In this document: positions 63,256 to 64,000 of the stretch, piece after piece | Position numbering within the stretch: position 1 is the first letter of the stretch | Layout: every line of letters begins with the position of its first letter | Virus genome (UHGV): UHGV-0023958 | Length of the DNA stretch: 64,000 nt | Direction: 5' to 3' (one strand) | Origin: a virus | Made by a program: the position numbers and the translations under genes | The notes under the pieces: generated by a model | What the model saw: only the letters and a program-made list of their open reading frames with translations | Databases searched by the model: none | Told to the model about the DNA's origin: nothing

Positions 63256-63666
63256 ATGAGTGATTATGTAAGAAATAAGCAGGTATTATACCCAGTAACA
63301 AAAGAACTGTTAAAAAAACTTAACTGTAATGATATTTATGATCTTGAAGACGCTTTTGAAAAGAGACTCCAAGTCGAAAGCGATTTTACCGCAGAGGTAT
63401 TTATAGATTATAGCGGTACAAAAAATCCTAATGAATACTTAGCTTATACTCTTGACAGTGATTACGGAGTTGAAAGTGGTGAATTTGGCAGATCGAGATT
63501 TCTTAAGCCTTCCGAGCAGGAAAAATATAAAAAATTATTTAGCGAAGTAATTCCAGAAGATCTCATAGATCCTTCACTGTTTAAGTATGTGGATTACTGT
63601 TATTATAATTGCTGTGAAGCAGATGACTATTATGTAAAGAAAGATAGCTTTGAAGAGGAAATATGA
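63256..63666 (+). CDS. Hypothetical protein.
   Basis: RBS gggaga. Confidence 0.4.
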   Translation: MSDYVRNKQVLYPVTKELLKKLNCNDIYDLEDAFEKRLQVESDFTAEVFIDYSGTKNPNEYLAYTLDSDYGVESGEFGRSRFLKPSEQEKYKKLFSEVIPEDLIDPSLFKYVDYCYYNCCEADDYYVKKDSFEEEI

Positions 63667-63977
63667 TTAGCAAAAATACTTATGATACTTCTATAAGATA
63701 CGCACACGATGGATATAGTTTTAGAGCACCAGAAACTAAAGATCTTTTGAAAATAATTAAATTAGAAAGAGAACATAGAGATGTTTTAGATGTGGTGGAA
63801 GATAAATTAATGGAAATTAGAGATACAGATAAAGAGTATATCACCTTTGATTGCCCTAAAAAAGATTATAATGAAATAAAAACAGTGTTAAAATATTATA
63901 GGTATGCTTTTTATGATGAGGACATAAAGAAGAAAGATAAGGATGCTATTACCTATGAGGTAAAATTATATGTGTGA
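63663..63977 (+). CDS. Hypothetical protein.
   Basis: ATGA overlap. Confidence 0.4.
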   Translation: MISKNTYDTSIRYAHDGYSFRAPETKDLLKIIKLEREHRDVLDVVEDKLMEIRDTDKEYITFDCPKKDYNEIKTVLKYYRYAFYDEDIKKKDKDAITYEVKLYV

Positions 63978-64000
63978 GGTAAATAATGGAATATTCAGGA

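Noticed and set aside
1-64000. crAss-like phage assignment, prompted by the TAG recoding.
   Set aside because: A tape-measure protein and a long multi-gene tail module indicate a sipho- or myo-type tail, not a crAss-type podovirus. The recoding is shared with several lineages.
1-64000. CRISPR arrays, a DGR reverse transcriptase, integrase/att sites and a lysis cassette.
   Set aside because: No regular direct repeats, no YxDD reverse-transcriptase motif, no integrase-like ORF, and no endolysin or holin pair recognised in this window.

Overview
This window is a gene-dense, almost entirely plus-strand bacteriophage segment of about 32% GC. It begins inside a tail structural (late) module at 1-18.9 kb and continues into an early replication and nucleotide-metabolism module at 19-64 kb. 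The tail module holds a giant tape-measure gene of at least 2500 codons, tail-fibre paralogues and other large tail proteins. Its reading frames are continuous only if TAG is read as a sense codon. Across roughly 75 genes TAG is never used as a terminator, while TAA and TGA are. A tRNA with a CUA anticodon, bearing Gln-like identity elements, sits in the early region. It lies behind a consensus promoter and is followed directly by a small gene that needs TAG decoding. The early module encodes dUTPase, an NrdH-like redoxin, the anaerobic ribonucleotide reductase NrdD, an HNH-AP2 homing endonuclease, an NrdG-like activase, thioredoxin reductase, a DnaB-like helicase, a TOPRIM primase, a free-standing LAGLIDADG endonuclease, a DnaE-like Pol III alpha, a Cas4/RecB-like nuclease and a RecD-like helicase. 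The RecD-like helicase carries a 340-aa LAGLIDADG intein inside its Walker A loop. Also present are ClpP-like and PhoH-like proteins, two DNA methyltransferases, and an RNA-repair set of Rnl1-like RNA ligase, PNK/HD and a Thg1-like enzyme. A roughly 2.7 kb ORF-poor block carries tRNA-Tyr, tRNA-Asn, tRNA-Gly and tRNA-Val plus probable structured ncRNA. An IscB-like OMEGA nuclease (PLMP, RuvC, arginine-rich bridge helix and HNH) follows a roughly 220-nt higher-GC non-coding stretch that is the likely omega-RNA. Thirteen near-identical TTGAC(A/T)-N17-TATAAT promoters punctuate the early region. At least six of them have the -35 hexamer embedded in the 3' arm of a terminator-like hairpin. Coordinates I derived by hand may be off by 1-2 nt.
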